A DNA stretch of 63,407 nucleotides, filler included, from Octopus bimaculoides (Eukaryota): assembly GCF_001194135.2 (NCBI RefSeq). It is 6 parts of 6 records of this genome, joined end to end, with 100 filler letters (N's around TTAATTAATTAA, not from the genome) between each part and the next. Parts side by side here need not be neighbours in the genome. Positions count along the whole stretch, not along the records: positions 18,017 to 30,653 come from NC_069008.1; positions 30,754 to 51,069 come from NC_069001.1; 4 more parts are not named here. One strand, given 5' to 3'. Position numbers and translations under genes: made by a program. The notes beneath the pieces are model-generated. The model searched no databases. It saw only the letters and a program-made list of their open reading frames with translations, and had not been told where the DNA came from. Positions within the stretch are counted from its first letter, which is position 1. The number at the start of each line of letters is the position of its first letter. This document shows, piece after piece, positions 21,181 through 34,781 of the stretch.

Positions 21181-22581
21181 ACATAGTATAAATTCCTTCT
21201 CTCACAAATGTAGAATTGTGTAAAAGAATTTACTTCACTTCAACATAAGTTACATGTATACCACACTTACAGACCACTGATAAAATCAAAAAAAAAAAAA
21301 AAAAAAANNNNNNNNNNTCAGTTTGTTATTGCAGTAAATTCCAGTCCTCAAAATCCCTGTCACTAAATGGAAAATCACCACCAAACCTCCAGGTGTATAT
21401 ACAATACCTTAAGAACACAGCCATAACAGCTGTCTGAAGTACTACCTTTCCAACTTAGCCCAGAGAAGCATAAAAATATATATACACACAGAATGTGGTC
21501 AATGCCGGTGTCAGGTATATAGCACCTGTGCTGGTGGCACATAAAAAGCACCTTTCAAGTGTTGGGCCTCTCAGTGGCAATGACAAATGACTGAGACCTT
21601 CAGCAATAGATTTGAGAAGCAAATCTATCCCTCTTAGATTTATATATCACCACCTGTATTTTAATCTGTATATATATATATATATATNNNNNNNNNNNNN
21701 NNNNNNNNNNNNNNNNNNNNNNNNNNNNNNNNNNNNNNNNNNNNNNNNNNNNNNNNNNNNNNNNNNNNNNNNNNNNNNNNNNNNNNNNNNNNNNNNNNNN
21801 NNNNNNNNNNNNNNNNNNNNNNNNNNNNNNNNNNNNNNNNNNNNNNNNNNNNNNNNNNNNNNNNNNNNNNNNNNNNNNNNNNNNNNNNNNNNNNNNNNNN
21901 NNNNNNNNNNNNNNNNNNNNNNNNNNNNNNNNNNNNNNNNNNNNNNNNNNNNNNNNNNNNNNNNNNNNNNNNNNNNNNNNNNNNNNNNNNNNNNNNNNNN
22001 NNNNNNNNNNNNNNNNNNNNNNNNNNNNNNNNNNNNNNNNNNNNNNNNNNNNNNNNNNNNNNNNNNNNNNNNNNNNNNNNNNNNNNNNNNNNNNNNNNNN
22101 NNNNNNNNNNNNNNNNNNNNNNNNNNNNNNNNNNNNNNNNNNNNNNNNNNNNNNNNNNNNNNNNNNNNNNNNNNNNNNNNNNNNNNNNNNNNNNNNNNNN
22201 NNNNNNNNNNNNNNNNNNNNNNNNNNNNNNNNNNNNNNNNNNNNNNNNNNNNNNNNNNNNNNNNNNNNNNNNNNNNNNNNNNNNNNNNNNNNNNNNNNNN
22301 NNNNNNNNNNNNNNNNNNNNNNNNNNNNNNNNNNNNNNNNNNNNNNNNNNNNNNNNNNNNNNNNNNNNNNNNNNNNNGGAGATACGATTAATAAAGATTT
22401 ATTAATACATTGACAAGACCTACAGTTGTTTTAATTCATCACTTATAGTATAAAATCAATCGAATTTATACTAATTAACCAAACTGATTTAATTAAATTA
22501 AATTTGATTGTTTTTATACTATATAAGCGATGAACTGAAACAACTGTAGGTCTTGTTCATATATATATATATATATATATG

Positions 22582-22627
<46 letters not shown>

Positions 22628-22650
22628 TGTATTTACATAGATATATATAC

Positions 22651-22685
<35 letters not shown>

Positions 22686-23318
22686 TGTGTTAGTGTTTTT
22701 CCCTACTGCCATATATTGACAACTGGTGTTAGGTCGTTTGTATCCCTGTTACTTAGTTTAGCAAAAGAGGATGATAGACAAAGTACCAGACATAAAAATG
22801 AACATACAAAAACACCCAGACTAGGGTCAGTTGGCTGCTGTCCAATGACTTAGACAAGCAAAACATGAAAGACCAAAAATAAAAGATGTCTTTAAATGGG
22901 TAACATCTGAATTAAGCAAACATAGAAAAACAATTAGAATTGTATTTGAGAGAGAAAAACCATAGAAAAGATTTCAATTGTTTCCTGTATCTCTTTAGAT
23001 TATTCTTTTAATCATTTATTCTTTTACTCATTTATTCTTTCATTCTTTTGCTCTTTTTCTTGTTTCAGTCATCTGACTACGGCCATGCTGGAGCACCGCC
23101 TTAAAGGGTTTTCTGGTCAAAGAAATCGACCCCTACCCCCAGGACTTATTCTTTGTAAGCCTGTTACTTATACTATCGGTCTCTTTTTTGTCAAACTGCT
23201 AAGTCACAAGGACCTAAACACACCAGCCATCGGTTGTCAAGCAATTGTGACGGGTGGGGGGGACAAACACAGACACACGCACACTCAAATATATACATTC
23301 ATACATATATATATATAA

Positions 23319-23355
<37 letters not shown>

Positions 23356-23357
<2 letters not shown>

Positions 23358-23644
23358 AAGGCGCATGGCTCAGTGGTTAGAGTGATGAGCTTACAACAAG
23401 GCTGTGTGTTGTGTTCTTGAGCAAGACACTTTATTTCACGTTACTCTAGTTCACTCAACTGTAGAAATGAGTTGTGACGTCACTGGTGCCAAGCTGTATT
23501 GGCCCCTTTGCCTTTCTCTTAAATAACATCAGTGGTGTGGAGAGGGAAGGCCGGTATGCATGGGCAACTGCCGGTCTTCCATAAACAACCTTACCTGGAC
23601 TTGTGCCTGGCAGGGTAACTTTCTAGGTACAATCCCATGGTCAT
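23356..23644 (+). mobile_element. SINE, working family D (family-C-type head and core, different body)
   Basis: GAAGGCGCATGGCTCAGTGGTTAGAG...CTTGAGCAAGACACTTTATTTCAC, then GTGACGTCACTGGTGCCAAGCTGTA...GGTAACTTTCTAGGTACAATCCCATGGTCAT. Confidence 0.8.
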
Positions 23645-23995
23645 ATACAAACATACACACATACATGCATACATACATACACACACACACATACATACAC
23701 ACGTACACATACACACACATACATACACACATACACAAATACATACATGCATACACACTTCTGCACATACATAGATACCTACATACATACATACATACAT
23801 ACATACATACATACATACATACATACATAATCCAATGAAAGAGCCTAATAATCCTTTCTACTATAGGCACAGGGCCTGAAATTTTTGGGGAGGGGACCAA
23901 TCGATTATGTTGACCCCAGTGTTTCATTGGTACTCAATTTATCGACCCATTAGATTGAAAGGCAAAATCAACTTCAGCAAAGACGGATGAAATGC

Positions 23996-24071
23996 CAGTC
24001 CTTAATCTCAGTCCTTAATCTCAGTCCTTAATCTCAGTCCTTAATCTCAGTCTTTAATCTCAGTCCTTAAT
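23996..24071. repeat. 13-bp minisatellite (CAGTCCTTAATCT), 5 copies plus a partial
   Basis: Direct reading. Confidence 0.92.
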
Positions 24072-24724
24072 TAAAGCTTTATTTTATTGACCCTGTGTGG
24101 GGATAATAGGTTAATGTTCCCTGCTATTCTTGGTGTAGTTGTAATTATTTTGTTGTTTAACCCTAGGCTAAATCTTATGTACCAGGTATAGGATTTGGTC
24201 AGAGGCATTCCATTGATGACCATCCTGTTTTCTTTTCAGCATATGTAGGTCTGCATCACTGAATGTTTCCTTCCCCTAAGTCAAACGACAGATTGTGATT
24301 CGAGTGAGATTCAGCTGCTATTTCTAGCAGATCGATTGACCAGGCACAGGCTTCCTTGCTGGATTCATCACAATTGTTGTCTGTCTGCCTGAGGAAATCC
24401 ACACAACTCGATCAACAGATCAATACGCTATGATTGTTTCAATGACACTCTGTGTTGAGATCAATAACTTCCAGTGTGAAATCCATTGTTTTATATGTCT
24501 GGGGGAATCCACACATTGGAATCAACAGATCCAGTGCTTTTAATAGCTTTGTTTTCTAGAAAATCCACATCACTAGACCAACAGATTTATTATCACATGT
24601 GGATGTTCTTTGTGTTCTGCCAACGACATAACTACCCGACCCTTTCACAACACGGGGAAGTGTTAGAAATTTCCAAGATGGAATTAAGGAATACAACAAA
24701 GAAAAATACACAGTTTCGGTGTTG

Positions 24725-25170
24725 GCATGGCTGTGAGGTAAGAAGCTTGCTTCCCGACCACATGGTTCCGGGTTCAGTCCCACTGTGCGGCACCTTGGGC
24801 AAGTGTCTTTTATTACTAAGGCCTTGGGCTGACCAAAGCCTTGTGAGTGGATTTGGTAGGTGGAAACTGAAAGAAGCTCATCGTATGTGTATATGTGCAT
24901 GTGAGTGTGTGTTTGTGTGTGTGTGTGTGTGTGTGCGTGTTTGTGTGTGTATGTGTCTGTGTTTGTCCCTCTGCTATTGCTTGACAACTGATGCTGGTGT
25001 GTTTACGTCCCCGTAACATAGCGGTTTGGCAAAATAGACCAATAGAATAAGTACTAGGCTTATAAAGAATAAGTCCTGAGGTCAACTTCTTCAATTAAAG
25101 AAGCCCTTTAAGGCGGTGCTCCAGCATGGCCACAGTCAAATGACTGAAACAAGTGAAAGAATAAAAGAAA
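24725..25170 (+). mobile_element. SINE family B, full length
   Basis: Colinear with 62622-63040. Other partial copies lie at about 22680-22870(+), 23045-23280(-), 27367-27582(+), 33990-34250(-), 41190-41560(-), 56385-56790(-), 58700-58860(+), 59455-59665(+) and 60060-60420. Confidence 0.85.
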
Positions 25171-25469
25171 GTTCACATTATTTTATTCTCTTGCTTATTT
25201 CAGTCATTCGACTGTGGCCATGCTGGGGCACCACCTTGAAGAATTTTAGTCAAACAAATCGATTCCAAAATTTATACTTCAAAGCCTGGTGCCAGAAAAA
25301 ATGCGTAGCAACATTCCTTCCAGCTTTTCTTTTTGAGAGGCCATTTTATCTTATTGACCCTTTTTCTGGGGTCAATAAGATAAAGTACCAATTGGACACT
25401 GGAGTTGATGTAATCGACTATTCTCAAATTTGCTGGCCTTGTGCCAAAAATTGAAATCATCATTACTAT

Positions 25470-25485
25470 CATTATAATTATTATG

Positions 25486-25526
<41 letters not shown>

Positions 25527-25775
25527 CATTATTCCTCAGATTTTGTTGGAACTCCTGGAGTCTTGCATGCATAGCAGGCTTGCTACCTGTAGCCTATGGT
25601 ACCATACTATCCGTCCTTTGCAACTCTCTAATACTATCCTGTTATTCTGGCCGTGCCAAGGAAGCAAAACGTATTGTAACAGTTCTACTGGGCATTCCAT
25701 TCCAACTTCCTTTAAATTCCTCTTGATGCCTTCTGATACTGTCCCCAAGGACCCAACAATAATTGGCACACCTTA
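25470..25775 (-). mobile_element. R4/Dong-like LINE 3' fragment with (AAT)n tail
   Basis: PIIVGSLGTVSEGIKRNLKEVGMECPVELLQ, frameshifted to LGTARI, followed by an (AAT)n tail at about 25470-25532. Confidence 0.65.
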
Positions 25776-25780
25776 TTATA

Positions 25781-26146
25781 ATTACCTCCACCTTAGCGAA
25801 GGCAGAGGTACTGTTTTCAGTCATGTTTGTTTGTTTGTTTGTCCATGGACAAGATATCTCAAGAACCGCTGGACGGATTTGAATTAAACTTTCAGGGATG
25901 TTTGGCCTCATAACTGGCACAAACTGATTATATTTTGGGATCGATCCAATACCGGACAAGGATTCTGGATCATTTTTCCATTTTTTTTACTTAATTTTTG
26001 AGAGCGGTCAGGTTCATTTTTAGTATTCTCGTTTGTGAGAGCAGTCGAGTTTATTTCAGATATTCTCATTTAAAAAATTACCTCTGGCTAATCATTGAGA
26101 GGACGTTGGTGTTGCCTTGGTAAAGGGTTGCACTCTTTGAGTTCTC

Positions 26147-26148
<2 letters not shown>
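25781..26148 (+). mobile_element. DINE-1/HINE-like non-autonomous Helentron (rolling-circle) element
   Basis: 5' ATTACCTCCACCTTAGCGAAGGCAGAGGT short inverted repeat, an internal (GTTT)n tract, the GGACGGATTTGAATTAAACTTTCAGG motif and a 3' GCCTTGGTAAAGGGTTGCACTCT...GAG end. Architecture recalled from HINE families, not searched. Confidence 0.55.
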
Positions 26149-26177
<29 letters not shown>

Positions 26178-26339
26178 TTTAACGTCCGCTTTCCATGCTA
26201 GTATGGGTTGGACGATTTGACTGAGGACTGGTGATCCAGATGGCTACACCAGGCTCCAAACTGATTTGGTAGAGTTTCTACAGCTGGATGCCCTTCCTAA
26301 CGCCAACCACTCCGAGAGTGTAGTGGGTTCATTCTTATG

Positions 26340-26625
26340 CTAGGTAGAATTCCTGTGGGTAGTGGGTTACCACCTGTAACCTTACATAGCCACAATCTTT
26401 TAATAGATTTTTTCAAGTGCTTGAGACCCACCTGATAATCTTTCCTCTCCCTAAAAGGCAAACTTTCTGTAGAAGCTCAACAGGACACTCTATTCCGTTC
26501 TCCTTCAAACATTTCTCTATATCTTTGTTTAAAGTTCCCAAGGTACCAGTTATTACAGGCACAACCTTCACAGTTTTCATATTCCAAATTTTTGCAATTT
26601 ACTATTCCCTTGATTGTTATTAATA
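26340..26625 (-). mobile_element. R4/Dong-like LINE 3' fragment
   Basis: IAKIWNMKTVKVVPVITGTLGTLNKDIEKCLKENGIECPVELLQKVCLLGRGKIIRWVSST* is similar to the 25470-25775 copy. Confidence 0.7.
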
Positions 26626-26659
26626 GTAGAAAGGATTTATATTAGAAAGGATTATTGGA

Positions 26660-26994
26660 GGAGACCCCACTTTGGTCATGAATGACCATGTGATTGCACC
26701 TATAAAGTAACCCTCCGAGGCACAAGTCCAGGCAAGGTTGTTTTATGGAAGACCAGCAGTCGCCCATGCATACCAGCCTCCCCACTCCACACCACTGATG
26801 TTATTCAAGGGAAAGGCAAAGGGGCCGATACAGCTTGGCACGAGTGACGTCGCAACTCATTTCTACAGCTGAGTTAACTGGAGCAACGTGAAATAAAGTG
26901 TCTTGCTCAAGAACACAACACGCAGTTTGAACTGGGAATCAAACTCACAACCTCACGATTGTAAGCTCGACGCTCTAACGACTGAGCCAGGCAC
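26660..26994 (-). mobile_element. SINE family D
   Basis: Reverse complement of the 23356-23644 family; a further 3' fragment lies at about 59058-59185. Confidence 0.8.
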
Positions 26995-26996
26995 AC

Positions 26997-27049
<53 letters not shown>

Positions 27050-27292
27050 CAGTAGTAGTAGTAGTAGTAGTAGTTGCAGTGGTGCTGCTGCAGTAGTGGC
27101 AGTGGTGTTGTGATTGATGGGATGCACATCTGCGTCTATCTTCGCTATTCAAGTTCCATTTGGAGAGGATTATAATTTCAGCTGTCCTAGATTTATTGCT
27201 AGCTTTCACTGCAGCACTAAGTGCAGCTCTATTCACCACATGATGGTGATGATGATGATCATCACAGTGTTTACTGCCAATCACTATACATG

Positions 27293-27332
<40 letters not shown>

Positions 27333-28069
27333 TGTGGAGTAAATATATATACATATATATATATATGTGCAGGAGTGGCTGTGTGGTAGATATATAGGCA
27401 CAGAAGTGGCTGTGTGGTAAATAGCTTGCTTACCAACCACATGGTTCCAGGTTCAGTCCCACAGCATGGGACCTTGGGCAAATGTCTTCTACTATAGCCT
27501 CAGGCCCACCAAAGCCTTGTGACTGGATTTGGTAGACGGAAACTGAAAGAAGCCCATCGTATATATGTGTGTGTGTATATATNNNNNNNNNNNNNNNNNN
27601 NNNNNNNNNNNNNNNNNNNNNNNNNNNNNNNNNNNNNNNNNNNNNNNNNNNNNNNNNNNNNNNNNNNNNNNNNNNNNNNNNNNNNNNNNNNNNNNNNNNN
27701 NNNNNNNNNNNNNNNNNNNNNNNNNNNNNNNNNNNNNNNNNNNNNNNNNNNNNNNNNNNNNNNNNNNNNNNNNNNNNNNNNNNNNNNNNNNNNNNNNNNN
27801 NNNNNNNNNNNNNNNNNNNNNNNNNNNNNNNNNNNNNNNNNNNNNNNNNNNNNNNNNNNNNNNNNNNNNNNNNNNNNNNNNNNNNNNNNNNNNNNNNNNN
27901 NNNNNNNNNNNNNNNNNNNNNNNNNNNNNNNNNNNNNNNNNNNNNNNNNNNNNNNNNNNNNNNNNNNNNNNNNNNNNNNNNNNNNNNNNNNNNNNNNNNN
28001 NNNNNNNNNNNNNNNNNNNNNNNNNNNNNNNNNNNNNNNNNNNNNNNNNNNNNNNNNNNNNNNNNNNNN

Positions 28070-28443
28070 GTGGCATGTAAAAATCACCATTCAAGCGTTA
28101 GCGTTGCCAGCGTCGCCTTACCTGCACGTGTGCCGATGGCACGTGGAAAACAACATTCCGGCATGGTCGTTGCCAGTGCCGCCGGACTGGTTCCCATGCA
28201 GGTAGCACGTAAAAGACACATTTTTGAGCATGGTCGTTGCCAGAACTGCCTGACTGGTCCTCATGCTGGTGGCACGTAAAAGCATCCACTACGCTCTCAG
28301 AGTGGTTGGCATTAGGAAGGGTATCCACCTGTAGAAACTTTGCCAGATCAGATTGGAGTCTGGTGCAGCCTCCTGGCTCACCAGTCCAACCCATACAAGG
28401 ATGGAAAGTAGACGTTAAACGACGATGATGATGATGATGATGA
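28070..28443 (+). mobile_element. Interspersed retroposon (working family E) with a (GAT)n tail and internal GGCACGTAAAAG sub-repeats
   Basis: Ends GGTTGGCATTAGGAAGGGTATCCACCTGTAGAAAC...GGAAAGTAGACGTTAAACGACGATGATGAT; a reverse copy of the 3' part lies at about 26175-26330. Confidence 0.7.
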
Positions 28444-29010
28444 TAACGCTATGTATTATATGTATGTATGTGTGTACATATNNNNNNNNNNNNNNNNNNN
28501 NNNNNNNNNNNNNNNNNNNNNNNNNNNNNNNNNNNNNNNNNNNNNNNNNNNNNNNNNNNNNNNNNNNNNNNNNNNNNNNNNGCAAAGCTCCTGACATCAA
28601 GACTTATTTAACAATCTGCATGCCTGCATCATATATTAGTATCAATGACCTTCATATTGGAATGAATGCTAAATCTATTGACCCTCAGACTCCTTGCTCA
28701 CAGTAAGAAAGCTTCCATTTTGATGGCCTCTATCTTTCCATGTAGAGTACACCTGTCTACGTTGTTTGATAGAATCAGGTGCCTCTATATTAGAAAGCAT
28801 GATAGGTTTAGTGTGCTTGTGTTTGTGTATGCGTTTGTGTGTGCTTGTGCGTGCATGTTTGTGTGTGTATGTGTGCGTATGAGTGTGTGTGTTTGTGTGT
28901 GTATGTGTCAGCTGTTCACTGGTAGTAAACAGCTGACACCATAGTACATCTCCAGTGTTAGAAGCTGTGCAAAGACAATGATGATGATGATAATAATAAT
29001 AATAATAATA

Positions 29011-29054
<44 letters not shown>

Positions 29055-29057
<3 letters not shown>

Positions 29058-29282
29058 GTGGGGAGACCATCATAGCCATGTGTTGAGAGGAATCTTTTGG
29101 AGTTTCAATAATTCACCTCTGGAAGCAGGGATGTTTCTTTCATTCAGCATCTTAAAACAACATTCAGGGACCTTTTGAGCAGGAAGGGTTACTCAATCTG
29201 AAGAAAATTCTAACTGGGCCCCACCTGCAAGGTCATGCACTGTTTATCTTCATATGAGATCTCCATGTCATGTACGTATGGG
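29055..29282 (+). repeat. Unclassified interspersed repeat
   Basis: Shares CATCATAGCCATGTGTTGAGAGGAA with about 4616-4875 and matches the reverse complement of about 34430-34650 (GGGCCCCACCTGCAAG). Confidence 0.65.
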
Positions 29283-29873
29283 NNNNNNNNNNNNNNNNNN
29301 NNNNNNNNNNNNNNNNNNNNNNNNNNNNNNNNNNNNNNNNNNNNNNNNNNNNNNNNNNNNNNNNNNNNNNNNNNNNNNNNNNNNNNNNNNNNNNNNNNNN
29401 NNNNNNNNNNNNNNNNNNNNNNNNNNNNNNNNNNNNNNNNNNNNNNNNNNNNNNNNNNNNNNNNNNNNNNNNNNNNNNNNNNNNNNNNNNNNNNNNNNNN
29501 NNNNNNNNNNNNNNNNNNNNNNNNNNNNNNNNNNNNNNNNNNNNNNNNNNNNNNNNNNNNNNNNNNNNNNNNNNNNNNNNNNNNNNNNNNNNNNNNNNNN
29601 NNNNNNNNNNNNNNNNNNNNNNNNNNNNNNNNNNNNNNNNNNNNNNNNNNNNNNNNNNNNNNNNNNNNNNNNNNNNNNNNNNNNNNNNNNNNNNNNNNNN
29701 NNNNNNNNNNNNNNNNNNNNNNNNNNNNNNNNNNNNNNNNNNNNNNNNNNNNNNNNNNNNNNNNNNNNNNNNNNNNNNNNNNNNNNNNNNNNNNNNNNNN
29801 NNNNNNNNNNNNNNNNNNNNNNNNNNNNNNNNNNNNNNNNNNNNNNNNNNNNNNNNNNNNNNNNNNNNNNNNN

Positions 29874-30572
29874 NGTGAGTGAGTGAGTGAGTGAGTGAGT
29901 GAGTGAGTGAGTGAGTGAGTGAGTGAGTGAGTGAGAGAGTGAGTGAGAGTGAGTGAGTGAGTTAGAGTGAGTGAGTGAAAGTGAGTGACTGAGAGTGAGT
30001 GAATGAAAGTGAGAGAGTGAATGAATGAATGGGTGAGTGAGTGAGTGACAGTGAGTGAGTGAATGAGTGAGTGAGATTGAGTGAGTGAATGAGTGAGTGA
30101 ATTAGTGAGTGACAGTGAGTGAGTGAGTGAGTGAGTGAGAGTGAGTGAATGAGTGAGTGAGTGAGAGTGANNNNNNNNNNTGAGTGAGTGAGAGTGAGTG
30201 AATGAATGAGTGAGTGAGAGTGAGTGAATGAGTGAGTGAGTGAGTGAGTGAATGAGTGAGTGAGAGTGAGTGAGTGAATGAGTGAGTGAGAGTGAGTGAG
30301 TGAATGGGTGAGTGAGAGTGAGTGAATGAGTGAGTGAGTGAGTGAGTGAGCGAGTGAGCGAGTGAGAGTGAGTGAATGAGTGAGTGAGTGAGTGAGAATG
30401 AGTGAATGAGTGAGTGAGAGTGAGTGAGTGAGTGAGAGTGAGTGAGTGAGAGTTAGTGAGTAAGAGTGAGAGAGTGAATGAATGAATGAGTGAGTGAGAG
30501 TGAATGAGTGAGCGAGAGTGAGTGAATGAGTGAATGAGTGAGTGAGTGAGCGAGAGTGAGTGAGTGAGTGAG
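29874..30572. repeat. Long (GAGT)n/(GAAT)n microsatellite
   Basis: Direct reading. Confidence 0.95.
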
Positions 30573-30851
30573 ACAGACTGCTAGTTTTACTGAAAGGGAT
30601 GGTGTCACGGCTGGAGTGGTGGTTGGCTGGCTGGCTGGCTGGTTGGTTGGTTGNNNNNNNNNNNNNNNNNNNNNNNNNNNNNNNNNNNNNNNNNNNNTTA
30701 ATTAATTAANNNNNNNNNNNNNNNNNNNNNNNNNNNNNNNNNNNNNNNNNNNNATATATATATATATGTATATGTATGTACACACATATATATATATATA
30801 TATATGTATATGTATGTACACACATATATATATATATATGTATATGTATGT

Positions 30852-30898
<47 letters not shown>

Positions 30899-31046
30899 CA
30901 CATATATATATGCATATGTACATATATATATGTATGTACACATATATATATGCATATGTACATATATATATATATGTACATATATATATATATACACGCA
31001 TATATATATATATATATCGGTATATAGATATACTTACGTATATGCT

Positions 31047-31078
<32 letters not shown>

Positions 31079-33104
31079 ACTCTATGTATTTATGTATGTA
31101 TGCATGGACTTTGTATATGCCTGTTTCTATGTATGTACGTTTGTAGGAATATATGCATGCATGCATTGATGTATTGAGCGCAAACACACTCTGACAAATC
31201 ATATCTGAGCCATAAGTCCACAAATTATCCGGTCTTAATGAGCTCACTCTAGTTTGCTGCACTTAGAGGTGCGACAGCAGTCTACATGATAAGTATGGAA
31301 CGTAGTTAAGCAATTCAGTAAAATCACATCAAACAATCACATGTACCAACGCGGAGCTCTTATCGTGAGTGGTCGGAAAAGTTGGCAAACTCTTCAAATT
31401 AAATGACAAAATATAACAAGTCATATTTTACAAACTGTAGACGTAATATTGTTCACCTTTCATGATGTTAGAAACTTCATTTGTGCTGTTAATCAAACGA
31501 AATCTGTTTAACAATGCTTTCATAATACTTTTGAATTCTCAAAAAAACAGTTATTATTAATGTTATGTGTTATTGTGTGTGGAACATTTAACCGAGATTC
31601 TTATGTTATTTTGTACACGTAGTTAAACATTTCCCCATGTTAACTTTTAACTAGTTTCCGTTTCAACAATCTGAGTGAATAAGAGGAAAATAATAGACCC
31701 AGGTTAGTTTTAAACACATGCATGAGATAATTAACAGCTTTGCTGTTATTCAGATCCTTAAGGTCAATGTTGGTTTAAATCTAACTAAAATACTCGCACA
31801 CGCACGTAAGCCGAATTGTTACTTTTTGTCTCTGTTATGTCTGTAATTGAAAGGGTCTGCCTTGTCATACTGTCACGCTGAATATCCCCGAGAACTATGT
31901 TAAACGTACACGTGTCTGTGGAGTGCTCAACCACTTACACGTTAATTTCACGAGCAGGCTGTTCCATTGATCGGATCAACTGGAACCCCCGACGTCGTAA
32001 GCGACGGACAGCCAACAACAACATTCTGAATTGAAATTCCACCGGGGTCAAATTTGCTTTTCAATTTTTCAGAATCGCTAGAATAAGTATCAATTGTGCA
32101 CTGGGATGATGTAATCGACATAACTATTCCTAGGTATGAATATAAAAACTGCATCCCTCTGACAAGCCATGCAGAACCAGTGTGTCAGAGTTCGCTCAGC
32201 AGAACTGCGTGGTCTCAAGTTGATATTCACGGCTGCCACATGGTCGGCGGAGAAAAAAATGCTGGAACCATCGTCCTGCAGCGGACTGAACATGGGCAAT
32301 CGAATTCAATCCAATTCAATCGAAATATGAATCATAACTGGTACTTAAATGGTATCGTATTTCATATATCTAGGAACTACTAAGTGAAGTTGGGTAGAAC
32401 TGGCTAGAGGGTTTGTGAATCAGAATAGAACGGACCGTAACTATATTCTCTCACTCCACCTGTGTGTGTGCGTGTGCGTGCGCGAGTGACTGAGTGTGTT
32501 TTATCAAATATTCAACATTACATGCTACACAAAATTAGAGTACAAAATATGACAGCGGCATTTACTTATACTTTTATGAAGTGTGAAGAATTAACAGTTA
32601 TTTGCCTGTTTTTTTTTTTATTATTATTATTTTGCTGTATTGCTTTCATTGAGTATACTATTACATATATTTTATTTTCGTCTTGTATTAAATTAATTCC
32701 GTTTTGACACTGGTATGACTATAGAAATAAGAGGTGCTTGAAATATCGATTTAACAACTTGATCGAAATATTCATTCATATAAATGATTACAATATTGTT
32801 GCTGAAAGCGTTTCTTTAGCAAGCCAGCAGGGATGTCACATCCCATTAAAACTTGGCTTCTGGCAATTTTATATTTGTAGATTTTATATCTTTCAATGAA
32901 ATATTATATTTTTATTTTTATATTACAGCAAACAGAGATAAAATACTTAAATATATATAAAATACAATACTTATAAATGAAAATATTTTCTATGGAAATA
33001 CCTTCCAAGTATAACAAGGACATAATCTGTTAAGCAGGATAATTTTATTTTTAGCTGCATTTTATTTTGTTCCATTCAGCATATAGCAAATAAAGAGTGA
33101 AGAG

Positions 33105-33144
<40 letters not shown>

Positions 33145-34781
33145 AATGGTTGCTTAAAAGTTCTCCAATGCTCTCTCGTGATTACGATTCTACACGAACC
33201 TTTCTTGTGTATAATGTTATTGAGTTTCTGTCCAAATTTAATATTCTGTTCGCTAAAACCTAAGAAAAAATAGACTAAAATACGAAAGGGATGGATGTGT
33301 AGAAATGAAACTACAAAGAAATAATTAAAAAAAACCCAAAAAAGAGAAAATAATTCATCACTTAACGCTGAATAACATGATGCAGAAGAAATGCAGTAAT
33401 GCATGGTTGGAATTTTAAATAATGTTTTTGTACACAGGGCATTGTGGGGTAAAATAGTTATCGAGCTTGATTTGCGTAACATAACATATTTAATCTAATA
33501 CTGTCATTTTCTTTCTTTCTGCTTTATATATGATGTTAACTGAAGTTCAGCTCATAAATTTTAATTCAATTAATATTTCGCTTTAACATGCTGCGCAGAA
33601 TATAATTGATTTATAAATAATTTCTGTCATTTTTCTTTTTCATCTCTGGTGCCTTCAGTTTTCTGCATTATTACATTATAATGATGATTTCTTATGTATA
33701 TATATTTATGAACGCGTTGTCACCAAGATAATAAGTGTGTTAGACAACGACCACTCACTAAAGTAAATGCAAGACTGAACTTTATTATATGTATATCACT
33801 TAGAAAAGTTTCGAGAACTTTCTGTTCGTGGCATAAGACATAATGAACGATTCTGTACAAAAGAGAAAAAAAAATTCTTGATTTAAGAGAAATAAATCCA
33901 TCTGTGTTCCGTTGGCATTTCTTAAAAGTTGTGAATGATATGGAATTCTATCGACAAATATTCGGTTCATTTATTTTTTTACACTTATATTTTACTTGTT
34001 TCAGTCATTAGACTATGACCATGCTGGTGCACCGCCTTGAAAAGTTCTTAGTTGAATTTATTTGACCCTACTAATTTATTTAATTTTAAGCCTGTTTCTT
34101 ATTCTATTTACTCTCTTGCCGAGCCACTAAGTTATATGGACATAACAAAAAACAACGCCGGTTGTCAAGCAGTGAAGAGGAATAGACACCAGCACGAACA
34201 CACACAGACACACATACAAACACAAGCACAACCATCCCCACACAAACACACACACGCCTTCGTCCAAGAGCCAAAATATCAAATATATATATAATCAAGC
34301 TAGAAGCTGCAAAATTATTTCACTGAATATAATTAAAAATACTCTATATTTCCGTCTAGAACAACGCTTCGCTCACTCGACGTGTTGACCATTCCTGGTA
34401 CGAAGACTATTATTTGGTAAATTTAACCGTTAGATATTCATGACAACCTGTCTGATAAGAACACACCAGGCACATGCATCACAACCATATGTGCGCGCCA
34501 GGGTGATCTCATATCAAAATGAACAGCATATGATCTTGCAGGTGGGGCCCACATAGAATTTCCTTGAGGTCGAGTAACCCATCCCGCTCAAAAGGTCCCT
34601 GGGTTAGGGTTGTTTAAGTGTGTTGACCGAACATCCAATGCTTCCAGAGATGAATTATTCACTGGTGTATATAATTTCCCTATTGAACATCGGTTAAATT
34701 CAAAATATATTTCTATTTAAAATACACATCGAAAGAAGGAAGAATGCAAAATATATTTTTCAGGGGATTAATCAAAGACAT

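Noticed and set aside
23996-24071. Short direct-repeat arrays (also 10279-10340) as possible CRISPR
   Set aside because: Head-to-tail units without unique spacers, a eukaryotic context and no cas genes.
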